DNA of 64,000 nt from Nitrospirota bacterium (GTDB lineage Bacteria > JACPQY01): contig JACPAV010000004.1 in assembly GCA_016180645.1 (NCBI GenBank), forward strand, positions 95,544 to 159,543. Reading direction: 5' to 3'. The notes under the pieces are model-generated. The model was not told the DNA's origin. It saw nothing but the letters and a program-made list of their open reading frames with translations, and made no database searches. Both the position numbers and the translations under genes were made by a program. Below, piece by piece: positions 1 to 9,620 of this stretch; within the stretch, counting starts at the first letter, position 1, and every line of letters begins with the position of its first letter.

Positions 1-117
1 GAGCCTTCCGGAACCACCGCCAAACTCTGGGATGTCCACTTTCCACCCAACGGCCGTACCGGTTTCATCGTCGGCGACAACGGCACAATCCTGAAAATCG
101 AATCGCCCGCGCTCTGA
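1..117 (+). CDS. 3' end of a Ycf48/BNR-type beta-propeller protein (partial)
   Basis: Frame 1 reads EPSGTTAKLWDVHFPPNGRTGFIVGDNGTILKIESPAL*, a typical Ycf48-like repeat (L.DV.F....G.IVGD.GTIL). Confidence 0.6.
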   Translation, partial: EPSGTTAKLWDVHFPPNGRTGFIVGDNGTILKIESPAL

Positions 118-176
118 GCACCCCGGGCGCGAGGACCGGCACGCAACGGGGGATCCGACGACCCTACGCCCAGCCA

Positions 177-205
177 TGGACAATGCTGCATCAATGCAGT
201 AATAT
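177..205 (+). promoter_or_regulatory. sigma70-type promoter with palindromic operator of vapBC
   Basis: TGGACA-N17-TAATAT ends 6 nt before ATG 212; palindrome CTGCAT-CA-ATGCAG lies in the spacer. Confidence 0.55.
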
Positions 206-211
206 GCTTTT

Positions 212-475
212 ATGCGAACCACATTGGACCTACCCGAGCCGCTTTTGAAACGCGCCAAGATCGCCGCTGTGAAACGCGGCACGACGCTGCGCAAGCTGGT
301 GGGGGCCGCCCTGGAGCGTGAGCTTCGCTCGCCGAACCGGCCCGGCGCCGCTCCTCGACGCGCGCGATTCCCGATTTTCTCATCCGCCGCTCCCGGTTCG
401 CTCCACCTGACCAACGCTGATATTGCTCGCCTGGAGTCCGAAGAGGATCTCCGCCGCCATGGCGGCGCTGTGTGA
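212..475 (+). CDS. vapB: VapB-type RHH antitoxin
   Basis: N-terminus MRTTLDLPEPLLKRAK; overlaps the downstream PIN gene. Confidence 0.8.
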   Translation: MRTTLDLPEPLLKRAKIAAVKRGTTLRKLVGAALERELRSPNRPGAAPRRARFPIFSSAAPGSLHLTNADIARLESEEDLRRHGGAV

Positions 476-887
476 CGTGAATGTGCTGGTGGCGCTCCTT
501 CATGCGCGCCACGTCCATTCGGCGCGAGCCGTTTCCTGGCTGAGCACCCAGGAAGAAACCGGATCTGTTCTTGTCTGTCGTGTCGTTCAGATGGGAGCGT
601 TGCGCGTGCTCACCAACCGGTCCTGGCTGAAAGAGGAGGTCCTTTCGGCGGAGCAGTTTTGGACAGGATGGGACAAGCTTCTCGGCGATGATCGCTTCGC
701 CATGCTTGCCGAACCGGAGCTTCTTGAAGAGGCGTGGAGGCGAGTGACCGTCCGGATCCCCAAGGGGCAGGCGGTGGAAACCGATGCGTACCTGGCCGCA
801 CTGGCCCTATCGACGAGCCATCGAGTCGTGACGCTCGACCGCGGTTTTCGGCGCTTCCCCGACCTTCAGATCGAGTTTCTGGCCTGA
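459..887 (+). CDS. vapC: VapC PIN-domain toxin
   Basis: MAALCDVNVLVAL ... TDAYLAALA ... VTLDRGFRRF PIN motifs. Confidence 0.85.
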   Translation: MAALCDVNVLVALLHARHVHSARAVSWLSTQEETGSVLVCRVVQMGALRVLTNRSWLKEEVLSAEQFWTGWDKLLGDDRFAMLAEPELLEEAWRRVTVRIPKGQAVETDAYLAALALSTSHRVVTLDRGFRRFPDLQIEFLA

Positions 888-934
888 ATCGCGTCTGGCC
901 TTCCACCAACCGCTCCAAGAACCGCGATGGGCAC

Positions 935-1771
935 TCACTCACGGACCGGGTTGGTTTCTCGCTGCCCCGACTCCGGCTTGGGCGGGATTTCTTCTTTCGG
1001 CGCGCCCTCGAAGCTCAGGCCAAAAGTGGGAAATGCCAAGGAGCCGGAGGTGTCCACAACGGGAAGAAAGGCCAGGACGGGAGAAAGTTCGAAGTTGACG
1101 AAGAGACAAGCCAGGCTGAAGCCGGCCCCGACGATAGGCCCCTGCACGGCCAGGATGGGCTCGGTCATCCGAACACGTGGGTTGCCTATCCAGAGGCTCT
1201 CCAGACCCGCCAACATCTTGATACCCGTGTAGGCGTGCGCGGATGCCCAGATCCAGCGCGAGCGGGCATGTACCATCCGTCCCCGCGCGCCGATGAGGAA
1301 GGGCAGTTGCAGAAGCTGGCTGTCAGCCCGTTTCTCACGGTGGGAGGACTTCAGGATGGAGGCTTCGGCGCCCGCAGAAGCTGCGATCGCACCTTTCCGC
1401 CACACCACCTTCGTCCCTCCGAACCTCCCCGCCCGCCCCGGGCTATGGTCATCCCCACCTTCATCCGTCTGGTCAAATCCATAGTACTCAGCATGGAAAC
1501 GGTACTCACCCCCCAGGAGAAGTTGGCCGTCAATGGCGAGACCTCCGTCTCCCGAAAGATTCGAGCTTGGGTCCGCGCGGCCACCGATTTGTGTGAAGGG
1601 AGAAGCAAAGTCCGGCGCCAACTCTGCACCCATTAGAATCCTGGCGCCCTCACCGTTCTGCGGAGGAGAGTTTTCGGCAATCGGGTGAATCACGCGAAGC
1701 GCCGGCAAGCAGGACGCCAGCGCGAAGACTGCGATGAGATGGGTGATTGCTGACCGGTGGCGGCGACCCAT
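935..1771 (-). CDS. Hypothetical exported protein, possibly an outer-membrane beta-strand protein
   Basis: Signal/lipobox-like N-terminus (VFALASC), alternating amphipathic strands; follows the nuclease gene. Confidence 0.5.
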   Translation of the reverse strand: MGRRHRSAITHLIAVFALASCLPALRVIHPIAENSPPQNGEGARILMGAELAPDFASPFTQIGGRADPSSNLSGDGGLAIDGQLLLGGEYRFHAEYYGFDQTDEGGDDHSPGRAGRFGGTKVVWRKGAIAASAGAEASILKSSHREKRADSQLLQLPFLIGARGRMVHARSRWIWASAHAYTGIKMLAGLESLWIGNPRVRMTEPILAVQGPIVGAGFSLACLFVNFELSPVLAFLPVVDTSGSLAFPTFGLSFEGAPKEEIPPKPESGQRETNPVRE

Positions 1772-1782
1772 GCGCCCGCCGG

Positions 1783-2700
1783 CTACACCCTGACCGGGCA
1801 GAGGCGCTGGTAGGGGCACCAGCGGCAGGTGGAGGGATCGGTCGTGCCGGGGAAGTCGTCTTCGACGGCCACGTTCTTCGTCGGATCGCGCAGGAGGGCG
1901 CGCATTTCGCCGGCGGATGCGAGGATTTTCCCCTTCACGTTCGCAATGAGTTCGGCGGAAACGGGAAACGCCTCCTCATTCCGGGTTCGGAGGTTGATCG
2001 CGAAGGTCTCGATGCCGTCCGGAGTGGCGTGCCACAGATGGCTGGCCGCGAGGGCGTAGGCCCCCATCTGAAACCCGATTTCTGCGACGTCATCCTTGCC
2101 CGTCTTCCAGTCGAGGATCCGGATCCGGCGCTCGCGCGTGCGATAGGCCAGATCCATCTTCCCGAGGATCAGCGTCCCCTCCAATTGAAATTTGATCAGC
2201 TCCTCCAGGCTCACCCAATCTTTCGGATCGACTTTCTGGATGGACTTGAAAGCTTGCGATTCTTCGAAAGCGACGAGGCAATCCTGCACCATCCCCGCCG
2301 TCTCTTTCCATTTCTCGTCCGAAAGCTCGATGCCGAACTCGTGCTCGAAGAGAGCGCACGTCTTGGCCTTGCCGGGCTGCCAGTAGGTCTTGCTCCTGGA
2401 GCTCGCGAAATCCCGCCGCATGAGTTCCATCGTGCTTTTTCGCCACGCGGCGGGGTCCATGGGCTCTTTTCGCCGCATGGCCAGAAGGAAACGTTTGATC
2501 GCTTCGTGAACGAGATCACCCATCCACATCGCGCGCGTCATGAGCTTGCTGAGAACGTAGATCTGACGCGTGCGCTCCGGGGCATCCTCCTTCCACCCGT
2601 TCCACATCCCGTGGACGTCGTAGTAGTACTGCCGCCGGCAATCGCGGAACGTCCGCGCACGCGACACGCTCCACGCGAATTCGTTGACGAGTTCGCCCAC
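1783..2700 (-). CDS. PD-(D/E)XK nuclease, RecB/AddB/Cas4-like, with probable Fe-S ligands
   Basis: S.SR..TF.DC, GDLVH, GKMD, ILDWKTG, QxxxY, C-terminal CRWCPYQRLC. Confidence 0.85.
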   Translation of the reverse strand: MGELVNEFAWSVSRARTFRDCRRQYYYDVHGMWNGWKEDAPERTRQIYVLSKLMTRAMWMGDLVHEAIKRFLLAMRRKEPMDPAAWRKSTMELMRRDFASSRSKTYWQPGKAKTCALFEHEFGIELSDEKWKETAGMVQDCLVAFEESQAFKSIQKVDPKDWVSLEELIKFQLEGTLILGKMDLAYRTRERRIRILDWKTGKDDVAEIGFQMGAYALAASHLWHATPDGIETFAINLRTRNEEAFPVSAELIANVKGKILASAGEMRALLRDPTKNVAVEDDFPGTTDPSTCRWCPYQRLCPVRV

Positions 2701-2770
2701 GAAGTGAATCTAGGATGTCTGGTCGGCTTCGTCAACCCAGCGAAAGGCGCTTGCCAAGACGGGTTCCCTC

Positions 2771-5629
2771 GTGCTTAATGATGAAAACGGGGGAGTGAGT
2801 ATCTTGGCCCACAGCACTTGGCGGTTGCTTCCAGTATTGGTTTTCTCGATTCTTCCGGCTTGTGAAGGGGCCGTAACGACCTCCCACCTCGGCACATGTC
2901 CCGGAAATCTCCTGCCGGGCGATCTCGTCATCACGGAGATCATGGCCAACCCGTTCGGGCCGGGACTCTTTCCGGAATGGATTGAGATGTTCAACGCCTC
3001 GGACACACCGATCGCTCTGACAGGTATGGATTTGGTGTCCACCGACCCCGACGGCTCTCGCCGGAGGACACACACGCTGTCAAGAGGCCGGATCGAACCC
3101 GGGGGCACGTGGGTGGTGGGAAACGTCGCGGATGACCGCCGGCCGGACCACATCCATTATGGATATGGCGACGATCTCAGCAATCTTTCCAACAAGTCGG
3201 GGACTCTGACCGTGGGATGCGGAGGCGTCACGCTGGACGAGTTTACATATTCAGACATGCACGACGGCTTTGCCCAGGGCTTCGACGGGTCGTTCTTCCC
3301 GGACAATGTGGCCAACGACGCAAGAGACCGATGGTGTGATGGACAGACGATTTTCGGTCCCTCGGGGTTCGGATCCCCAGGACTGGCGAACGAACCGTGC
3401 CCTGGAACAGGAGGCCGCAACGACGCTTGTGGGAACGAAGACCGGTGCATCGACGATCCTGGTGAGGAGACCTGTGCGGGGGTAGCCGGGCCGAGAGCCA
3501 TGGACCGCCCGCGGGTAGGCGATCTCGTCATCACGGAAATCATGGCCGATCCGCGATTGGCGGAAGACCCGAAGGCGGAATGGTTCGAGATCCATGTCGC
3601 CCGAACCGTCGACCTGAACGACCTCGAGATCGGGCCGGATCCCGGCACGCCCAAAACGATCCTCGGCGGGCCGAATTGCCTGAGAGTTGAGGCAGGGGCG
3701 AATCTCGTATTCGCCCGCTCGCCCGATCCGGCGGTCAACGGCGTGCTGAGCAAGGTCGACTATCTCTTCGACTTCGGTCTCCCGAACTCCGGTGGCTCTC
3801 TCGTCATCGGAATCGGGGGAAGAACATTGGACCAAGCCTACTACCCTTCCGCCCGTTCAGGCGCTTCAACGGCTCTCGATCCGGCGAAAATGACCCATAC
3901 CGACAACGACAACCCGGCGAATTGGTGCGTCTCGATCGGTGTATTCGGTGCGGGCGACCTCGGAACGCCGGGATTCCCCAATGCCCCGTGCGGCACCGGA
4001 ATCGGAAGTGTATGTATCGAAGGGGACGCGAGCCGGGAGATCGTTTCGCCAAAGCCCGATGACCTTGTGATCTCCGAAGTGATGGCCGATCCCAATGCCG
4101 TGCCGGATCGGAATGGTGAATGGTTCGAAGTTTACGTGGTGCGGGCGGTGGACCTGAACGGCCTCGAATTGGGAACCGATCCGGAAGATGTCCTGATGAC
4201 GCTGGGTGGATCGGCGTGCTTGCGAGCGGAGGCGGGCCGAAGCCTCGTCTTCGCCCACTCGAAAGATCCGGCTGTGAACGGTGGTCTGTCTTCGGTGGAC
4301 CATCTATTCAACTTCAGCCTGCCCAACAGTTCCGGGAGTCTTTTCCTCTCGCTGGATGGGAAGCTGCTCGACCGCATCAGCTACGGCTCGGCGACGCCCG
4401 GCGTCGCTTCAGCCCTTGATCCGGCGAAACTCACTCTCGCCGAAAATGATTCGGCCGGCACCTGGTGTCCGGCGACGACGGTTTTCGACACACTTTCTGG
4501 GAGTGCCGATCTGGGGACTCCCGGACAGCCGAACGCCGCGTGCGCGGGAAGCGCCGAGGGCGCCTGCCTCGATACCGGTGTTTCACGCCCCATCATTTCG
4601 CCCGCGGTTGGAGATCTCGTGATTACCGAAATCATGGCCGATCCGAATGCCGTAACGGACGCAAACGGTGAGTGGTTCGAGGTCCAAGCGAATCGGAACG
4701 TCGACCTCAATGGCCTTGAGGTGGGCACGGAAGCCGGCCAGGCCAAAGTAACACTCAAAAGCTCCGATTGCCTTACGGCCTCCGCCGGTGGGCGAACTCT
4801 TTTCGCCCGGTCGAGCGATCCCTCCATCAACGGCGGCCTTCCGGGCGCCCCGTATTTGTTCAATTTCGGATTGGCCAATTCAGCCGGGCGCCTGATCTTG
4901 GGCTTCGGCGGGAGCACGTTGGATCAGGTGACATACAGTTCGGCAGGGGCGGGAACGAGCGCGAGCCTCGATCCCTCAATAATCACGGCCACGGGGAATG
5001 ATGTAGCTGGAAATTGGTGCAAGGGTACGGTCGTCTACGGAACCGGCGACCTGGGCACGCCGGGACAAGCCAATCCACCTTGTGCGGCGGCGTCCAGCAG
5101 CACCTGTCTGGAGAACGGGAGCATGCGAGAAATCCTTTTTCCGAAAACCGGTGATCTGGTCATCACGGAATTCATGGCCGACCCGAACGCGGTGGCCGAC
5201 TCGAACGGAGAGTGGTTCGAGGTCTACGCCGCCCGCGCGGTGCACCTGAATGGATTGGAACTTGGCACCGAACCGGGGACGCCGAAAACCACCCTGGCCG
5301 GAACGGATTGCCTGTCGATCGCGGCCGGAAGCTATCTCGTAATCGCCCGTTCCAGCGATCCGGCCGTGAACGGCGGCCTCCCGGTGGTTCACCACCTTTT
5401 CGGATTCTCCATCGTCAACTCCAACGGTCGCCTCGTACTCGGTTGGGCGGGCGCGGTCATCGATCAAGTCTCATACGTCTCTTCGAGCACCGGGAAAGCC
5501 TCCAGTCTGAAACCGACCATGCTCGATGCCGTGAGCAACGACACCGCCGCCAACTGGTGCTCGGCCTCGGCTTCATTCGGAAAGGGCGACCTCGGTACGC
5601 CGGGGTCCCCCAATGGAGCGTGCCCGTGA
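2771..5629 (+). CDS. Lipoprotein with five tandem lamin-tail-like (LTD) domains
   Basis: Lipobox ILPAC; five repeats of (G)DLVI(T/S)E(I/V/F)MA(D/N)P...EW(F/I)E...WC...G(T/S)PG..N..C. Confidence 0.8.
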   Translation: MLNDENGGVSILAHSTWRLLPVLVFSILPACEGAVTTSHLGTCPGNLLPGDLVITEIMANPFGPGLFPEWIEMFNASDTPIALTGMDLVSTDPDGSRRRTHTLSRGRIEPGGTWVVGNVADDRRPDHIHYGYGDDLSNLSNKSGTLTVGCGGVTLDEFTYSDMHDGFAQGFDGSFFPDNVANDARDRWCDGQTIFGPSGFGSPGLANEPCPGTGGRNDACGNEDRCIDDPGEETCAGVAGPRAMDRPRVGDLVITEIMADPRLAEDPKAEWFEIHVARTVDLNDLEIGPDPGTPKTILGGPNCLRVEAGANLVFARSPDPAVNGVLSKVDYLFDFGLPNSGGSLVIGIGGRTLDQAYYPSARSGASTALDPAKMTHTDNDNPANWCVSIGVFGAGDLGTPGFPNAPCGTGIGSVCIEGDASREIVSPKPDDLVISEVMADPNAVPDRNGEWFEVYVVRAVDLNGLELGTDPEDVLMTLGGSACLRAEAGRSLVFAHSKDPAVNGGLSSVDHLFNFSLPNSSGSLFLSLDGKLLDRISYGSATPGVASALDPAKLTLAENDSAGTWCPATTVFDTLSGSADLGTPGQPNAACAGSAEGACLDTGVSRPIISPAVGDLVITEIMADPNAVTDANGEWFEVQANRNVDLNGLEVGTEAGQAKVTLKSSDCLTASAGGRTLFARSSDPSINGGLPGAPYLFNFGLANSAGRLILGFGGSTLDQVTYSSAGAGTSASLDPSIITATGNDVAGNWCKGTVVYGTGDLGTPGQANPPCAAASSSTCLENGSMREILFPKTGDLVITEFMADPNAVADSNGEWFEVYAARAVHLNGLELGTEPGTPKTTLAGTDCLSIAAGSYLVIARSSDPAVNGGLPVVHHLFGFSIVNSNGRLVLGWAGAVIDQVSYVSSSTGKASSLKPTMLDAVSNDTAANWCSASASFGKGDLGTPGSPNGACP

Positions 5630-6132
5630 TGGACCGAACGGTTGGGAGCCTTGGTTTCGCCGTGCTTGCGGGATTTTTCATCCCGGCTTGTGGAGGAGCA
5701 AAACTCGATGCCTCGTGCGGCCCGCCGCAGGGTATCGTCCAATCGGTGATCGATGGCGACACGATTCGGCTCGAATCCGGAGAGACGGTTCGATACCTCC
5801 TGGTCGACGCACCGGAGATCGGAGCAAAATCCCAAGCCTGCTTCGGCCCCGAGGCCCGCGAACTTAACGTCCAGCTCGTCGAAAACCGGACCGTGGATCT
5901 TTCCTACGACAAAGAATGCCGCGACAAATACGGCCGCCTCCTGGCCTACGTCACTCTCAAGCGTCGCAGCATCAACGCACTCCTCATCAAGCGCGGCTTC
6001 GGTTGCGTCATGCAGATTCCTCCGAACGGAGAGTCCCGCAAAGTGGAATTTCTTACGCTCCAGGAAAAAGCCCGCGCCTCCAAACGCGGCCTCTGGGGGG
6101 GGTGCCCGCGTACCCTCTGCCCGGATTCCTGA
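5629..6132 (+). CDS. Thermonuclease (SNase-like) lipoprotein
   Basis: VIDGDT, VRYLLVDAPE, RDKYGRLLAYV, ARASKRGLWG; TGATG-coupled to the LTD gene. Confidence 0.9.
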   Translation: MDRTVGSLGFAVLAGFFIPACGGAKLDASCGPPQGIVQSVIDGDTIRLESGETVRYLLVDAPEIGAKSQACFGPEARELNVQLVENRTVDLSYDKECRDKYGRLLAYVTLKRRSINALLIKRGFGCVMQIPPNGESRKVEFLTLQEKARASKRGLWGGCPRTLCPDS

Positions 6133-6183
6133 AGAGTGAGCGTCTGTTTTATATGTGTCATTGGACATGGTCCGTTGACATAT

Positions 6184-6525
6184 ATGGTTAAGACACAAGT
6201 CTACATGCCGGAGGGAGAGCTTCGGGAGCTGAACCGTCTGGCGCGGCAGAAAGGGCGTCGGATGGCCGACTTGGTTCGCGAGGCCGTGCGCCGAGTGTGG
6301 TTGGAGAAACCCCTCAACGGCCCGGTTGCCCTCTCAAACGGGCAGCTTCGCGGGACATCGGCCGAACACGATGCCGCTTTCGACGACCGGGGAGGCGGCC
6401 AAGCGAGTTTCCTTCGACTCACATTTCGCCCTCGCGGGCTTCCGGTGTATGGGGTGAGGTTCAGGCCGGGGACCAGGCGCCGTCTGGATCGCTTGTGCAG
6501 GCGGTCTGGGCGCTCTGAGCGGTGA
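6184..6525 (+). CDS. Orphan CopG/RHH antitoxin, 3' end probably scrambled
   Basis: MVKTQVYMPEGELRELNRLARQKGRRMADLVREAV resembles the antitoxin at 45047; no toxin follows, and the ORF runs into the convergent gene. Confidence 0.6.
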   Translation: MVKTQVYMPEGELRELNRLARQKGRRMADLVREAVRRVWLEKPLNGPVALSNGQLRGTSAEHDAAFDDRGGGQASFLRLTFRPRGLPVYGVRFRPGTRRRLDRLCRRSGRSER

Positions 6526-6955
6526 ACGCTCTCCTCCCGCTCCCGTAGTAATAGACCGTGATGTTCTTCTTTGCGTTCTTACACGTGCCGACCAAGCCTT
6601 CGGCCGGGCATGAAGTCACAACGGTTCCGCTGAGATTGGTGGTGCACTGGGTGTTCACGGAGTCGAGCTTGCTCTGGCTCAGCTTCTCGTAAAACTGACA
6701 ATTGCTCGCGGTGGAGCTGTGGCATCCGGTGCTCAGGGATGCCGTCTCGGTCGCCGTCGTTGGAGTGGTTGCGGTCTGCCCCCCGGTTGACGATTGTCCG
6801 GTGCTGCTCGATTCGCCTGCCTGTTGAGAAGCCTCCGCGGGATTCGAAGCGGCGGGCTCCTCATCCTCCTTTCCACACGCGAGGAAGAAGGCGAGCACGG
6901 TCGGGATCGTCGCTTTGAGGAATCCGGGCCGCGCTAAACCTGCCAACACACTCAC
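6461..6955 (-). CDS. Cys-rich lipoprotein with Ser/Thr linker
   Basis: Lipobox LLAC; six-Cys domain. Confidence 0.75.
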   Translation of the reverse strand: MSVLAGLARPGFLKATIPTVLAFFLACGKEDEEPAASNPAEASQQAGESSSTGQSSTGGQTATTPTTATETASLSTGCHSSTASNCQFYEKLSQSKLDSVNTQCTTNLSGTVVTSCPAEGLVGTCKNAKKNITVYYYGSGRRAFTAQSAQTACTSDPDGAWSPA

Positions 6956-7021
6956 CCCACCCCTCGTCTCCGTGGCAGAACCCCGACATCTCCTATAGAG
7001 GTTCGGCCTCTATAGGAGCGG

Positions 7022-7387
7022 CTAGAGTGCGGTAAACGTGCCTTGGTTGGATGACATCTGCCCGCAGAAGGTTTGCGCCTGGGTCTTGTCGGCAGGTGAA
7101 TAGATATAGGTCGTATTGGTGCCGCCCGCGTTGCCGAAGGTGCATTTCCCGACGGCGCCGCTCGTGGAACATGTCGAGTCGGACGCCGTGCCGCCACCTT
7201 GGGTGCACTGCGCCATGACTTGGTCCACCACGCTCTTGTCCGCCGTGGATTCCGCGCAATATTTGTACGAATTTTGAACCGTCATGGTACAGCTCTTGGT
7301 TACCAGCGATTCGCTCTTGGAGTCGCTTCCGCAGGCAACCGGCAATAGCGCGAGCGCCATGGCCGCCGCGATTCCAAACCCTTTCAT
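7022..7387 (-). CDS. Cys-rich lipoprotein, paralog of 6461-6955
   Basis: Lipobox PVAC; same Cys spacing and G.VG.C...Y.Y...AQT.C motif; strong SD GGAGGAGG. Confidence 0.8.
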   Translation of the reverse strand: MKGFGIAAAMALALLPVACGSDSKSESLVTKSCTMTVQNSYKYCAESTADKSVVDQVMAQCTQGGGTASDSTCSTSGAVGKCTFGNAGGTNTTYIYSPADKTQAQTFCGQMSSNQGTFTAL

Positions 7388-7718
7388 CGTTTCCTCCTCC
7401 CGTCATGGCCTAATGGATCCCGGCCTGTTCGCAGGCAGCAGCACACTCGTTTCCCTGAGACTTCGTGGCACGAGCCAAGAACGCCAATTTCTTCTGCGAA
7501 TCCTGGACCCTTGGTCGCCATGACAGCTTGTCCTATGTGAATCATCCGTGGCGCGAAGTCAAGCGGAAAATCCGGCCTTCGGGCCGCCGGCCGGGCGGGG
7601 GCCGCTCCTTTATCAGAAAGGACGCGGCAGTGGGAGGGGGCTTGAACCCTGCTTCGACTGCTGAGCCAGGACCATCATGGAGTGGGGCCAGGGGAGCGGC
7701 TTTCCAGATCCCTTGGAC

Positions 7719-9620
7719 CTACCTCGCTAGGCTTTCAAGTGAGTCGCCGGCCGTGTCAGGGGGTGGCAGGATGACACCGTCACAGCCGATGCCGCCGGAG
7801 TCAAAGAGTCGCCAGATCTCATCGTCGTCTGTTGAACGCATGTCCGGTCCGAACCGGAGAAAGGAAATACCCGGGCATGGCAGGGGGGAATTGAACGACA
7901 TGCCTGCCTTGGAATTGTCCGGGGTAGCGGGGTGCGGTGCGACCGGAATGGATCGGATGAGCGCGTAGCACTCGATCTTCCTATGCGAACAGGACGTCAT
8001 TGCGAGAATCCCGCCTGGGCTGCTGTCAAACGATGCCACGCGGCGGCTGAGCTGCGGGTAGGACACCATCGTTTCGTCATAGGGGTTCCCCGGGTCCAAG
8101 GCAGTCCGACCGAAATCGAGGTAGGTGAACCCGTCATGGGCAATGAGTGCCTCGTGGTCTGAGATGAACTCAATCTGGTACCCGGGCCGAAATCGCTCGT
8201 CCAAGTAGAGCCTGTCGTCACTGGTATCGACGGGGTCCGAGCCATAGTCGAAGAGGTAAATCCCCATCCAACTGGGAAGCCACAGGATATTCTTGCTGTC
8301 GGCCAAAATATCAAGGAGGTGATCGTCAAGGATCCCTTGTCCCTCCGCGAAGGTCGCAAGCCAAGTGAGCGTGTGGCCTGAAAAGTCAGGTCGGAAAACG
8401 CTGACACCGTCGACGCCCGTTCCCTCGGTGGCAGTGACATCGAAAGTGGACGCCCACAGATAGCCTTTCGTATCGAGCGCAATCCCGGACACATCTTTGT
8501 CCGGTAATTTGCCTTCACCCAGTTCTTGGAAGGGCACACTCACACCGGCGGAATCTGAGAAGCGAATGCCGGTGCCGAGCCCACCACTTGCAGTCAGACT
8601 TGGGCCAACCTCCGTCAGGTCTAGAAGGCCACTGTACTCATAGGAAAATGGGAACAAATCTCTCATCTCCGGCGAAATCCGATCGAATGGGACGAGAAAG
8701 GAGAGAGTTCTAGGAGCAGCGGTCGGCCCCAACTTGGCAACTTCCGAGAGCCATGTATCGAAGGGGACAGGGGTCAGAACGTCGTCCGAGGGGGAGACGA
8801 TATCTTTCCCCAAATCCAGCTCGAGAATACCTTGGCGCGCCGTCCCGACCCACAGCACTGTATCGGATTTCCAAAGGACACCGGCTGCATCGAGGATACG
8901 TGCAAAGTAGAGCCGCCGTGCGTGAATCCTGTTCTCCCGATCTGCCCACGCGAGATCCAAGTAGTGTAGACCGTAGGACGCGAGGTCCAGGTTGACAGAA
9001 AGGTATATGGAGAGGGAGGAAACGGCACCCATGGTGCAGATGGGATTTCCGAATGGGTCCAGGATTTCCGACTTGGGGAAGATTGTCGCAGGACCGGACT
9101 GGAGCGAGACGAACCCGCGGTCTCCTTTCACCTCGAAGCTCTCTGTCATGAATGTCTTCTTGTCAACCTGGAAAATCGGGTCATCGTCCACGCTCAGAGA
9201 TATCCGCTTGAACGAATCCAAGTAGAGCAGAAGCGGCAATTCCAATCGGACGGTTCCAGAGATTGTAAGGGGGAGGAAACCAGTGCCGCACCCGGCAGGC
9301 CTTTCCCCCTCTTGGGCCGGGTTGGCCGCCACGCAGTACCTGAAGAACTGGCTGCGAATCCATTCGCCCGGGCTATCCTGGCAATCGGACTCGGCGGGTG
9401 GGCAAAGTGACTTTGAGAACGAAAAAGAGACGGGGAGTTCATTGTCGTCCAGCAACACTGCTGAAGAAGGACTGACGCTCACCGCTGCACCGGGATCTGG
9501 TTTTGGGCAGGAGTTATGGGAGCCGATCGGGCTATCCCCTGATCTGGAGCGGTTAGCGCAACTCGCACCAACGACGACTACCCCGAGGAGGCACGCAAGA
9601 ACAATCCCCCGTGTCACCAT
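7719..9620 (-). CDS. Lipoprotein with two-component-regulator-propeller-like repeats
   Basis: Lipobox GASC; LPDKDVSGIALDTKGYLW and ILDDHLLDILADSKNILW repeats. Confidence 0.65.
   Translation of the reverse strand: MVTRGIVLACLLGVVVVGASCANRSRSGDSPIGSHNSCPKPDPGAAVSVSPSSAVLLDDNELPVSFSFSKSLCPPAESDCQDSPGEWIRSQFFRYCVAANPAQEGERPAGCGTGFLPLTISGTVRLELPLLLYLDSFKRISLSVDDDPIFQVDKKTFMTESFEVKGDRGFVSLQSGPATIFPKSEILDPFGNPICTMGAVSSLSIYLSVNLDLASYGLHYLDLAWADRENRIHARRLYFARILDAAGVLWKSDTVLWVGTARQGILELDLGKDIVSPSDDVLTPVPFDTWLSEVAKLGPTAAPRTLSFLVPFDRISPEMRDLFPFSYEYSGLLDLTEVGPSLTASGGLGTGIRFSDSAGVSVPFQELGEGKLPDKDVSGIALDTKGYLWASTFDVTATEGTGVDGVSVFRPDFSGHTLTWLATFAEGQGILDDHLLDILADSKNILWLPSWMGIYLFDYGSDPVDTSDDRLYLDERFRPGYQIEFISDHEALIAHDGFTYLDFGRTALDPGNPYDETMVSYPQLSRRVASFDSSPGGILAMTSCSHRKIECYALIRSIPVAPHPATPDNSKAGMSFNSPLPCPGISFLRFGPDMRSTDDDEIWRLFDSGGIGCDGVILPPPDTAGDSLESLAR

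Noticed and set aside
1783-2700. Cas4 of a CRISPR-Cas system
   Set aside because: No cas1/cas2 and no repeat-spacer array in the window; solo PD-(D/E)XK nucleases are common
2918-5620. Long nucleotide repeats as a DGR template/variable pair or an array
   Set aside because: The repeats are in-frame protein domains diverging mainly at synonymous sites; no reverse transcriptase is present
7628-7670. tRNA-like GGTTCAAGCCCC on the minus strand
   Set aside because: No acceptor stem, D-arm or anticodon arm could be built
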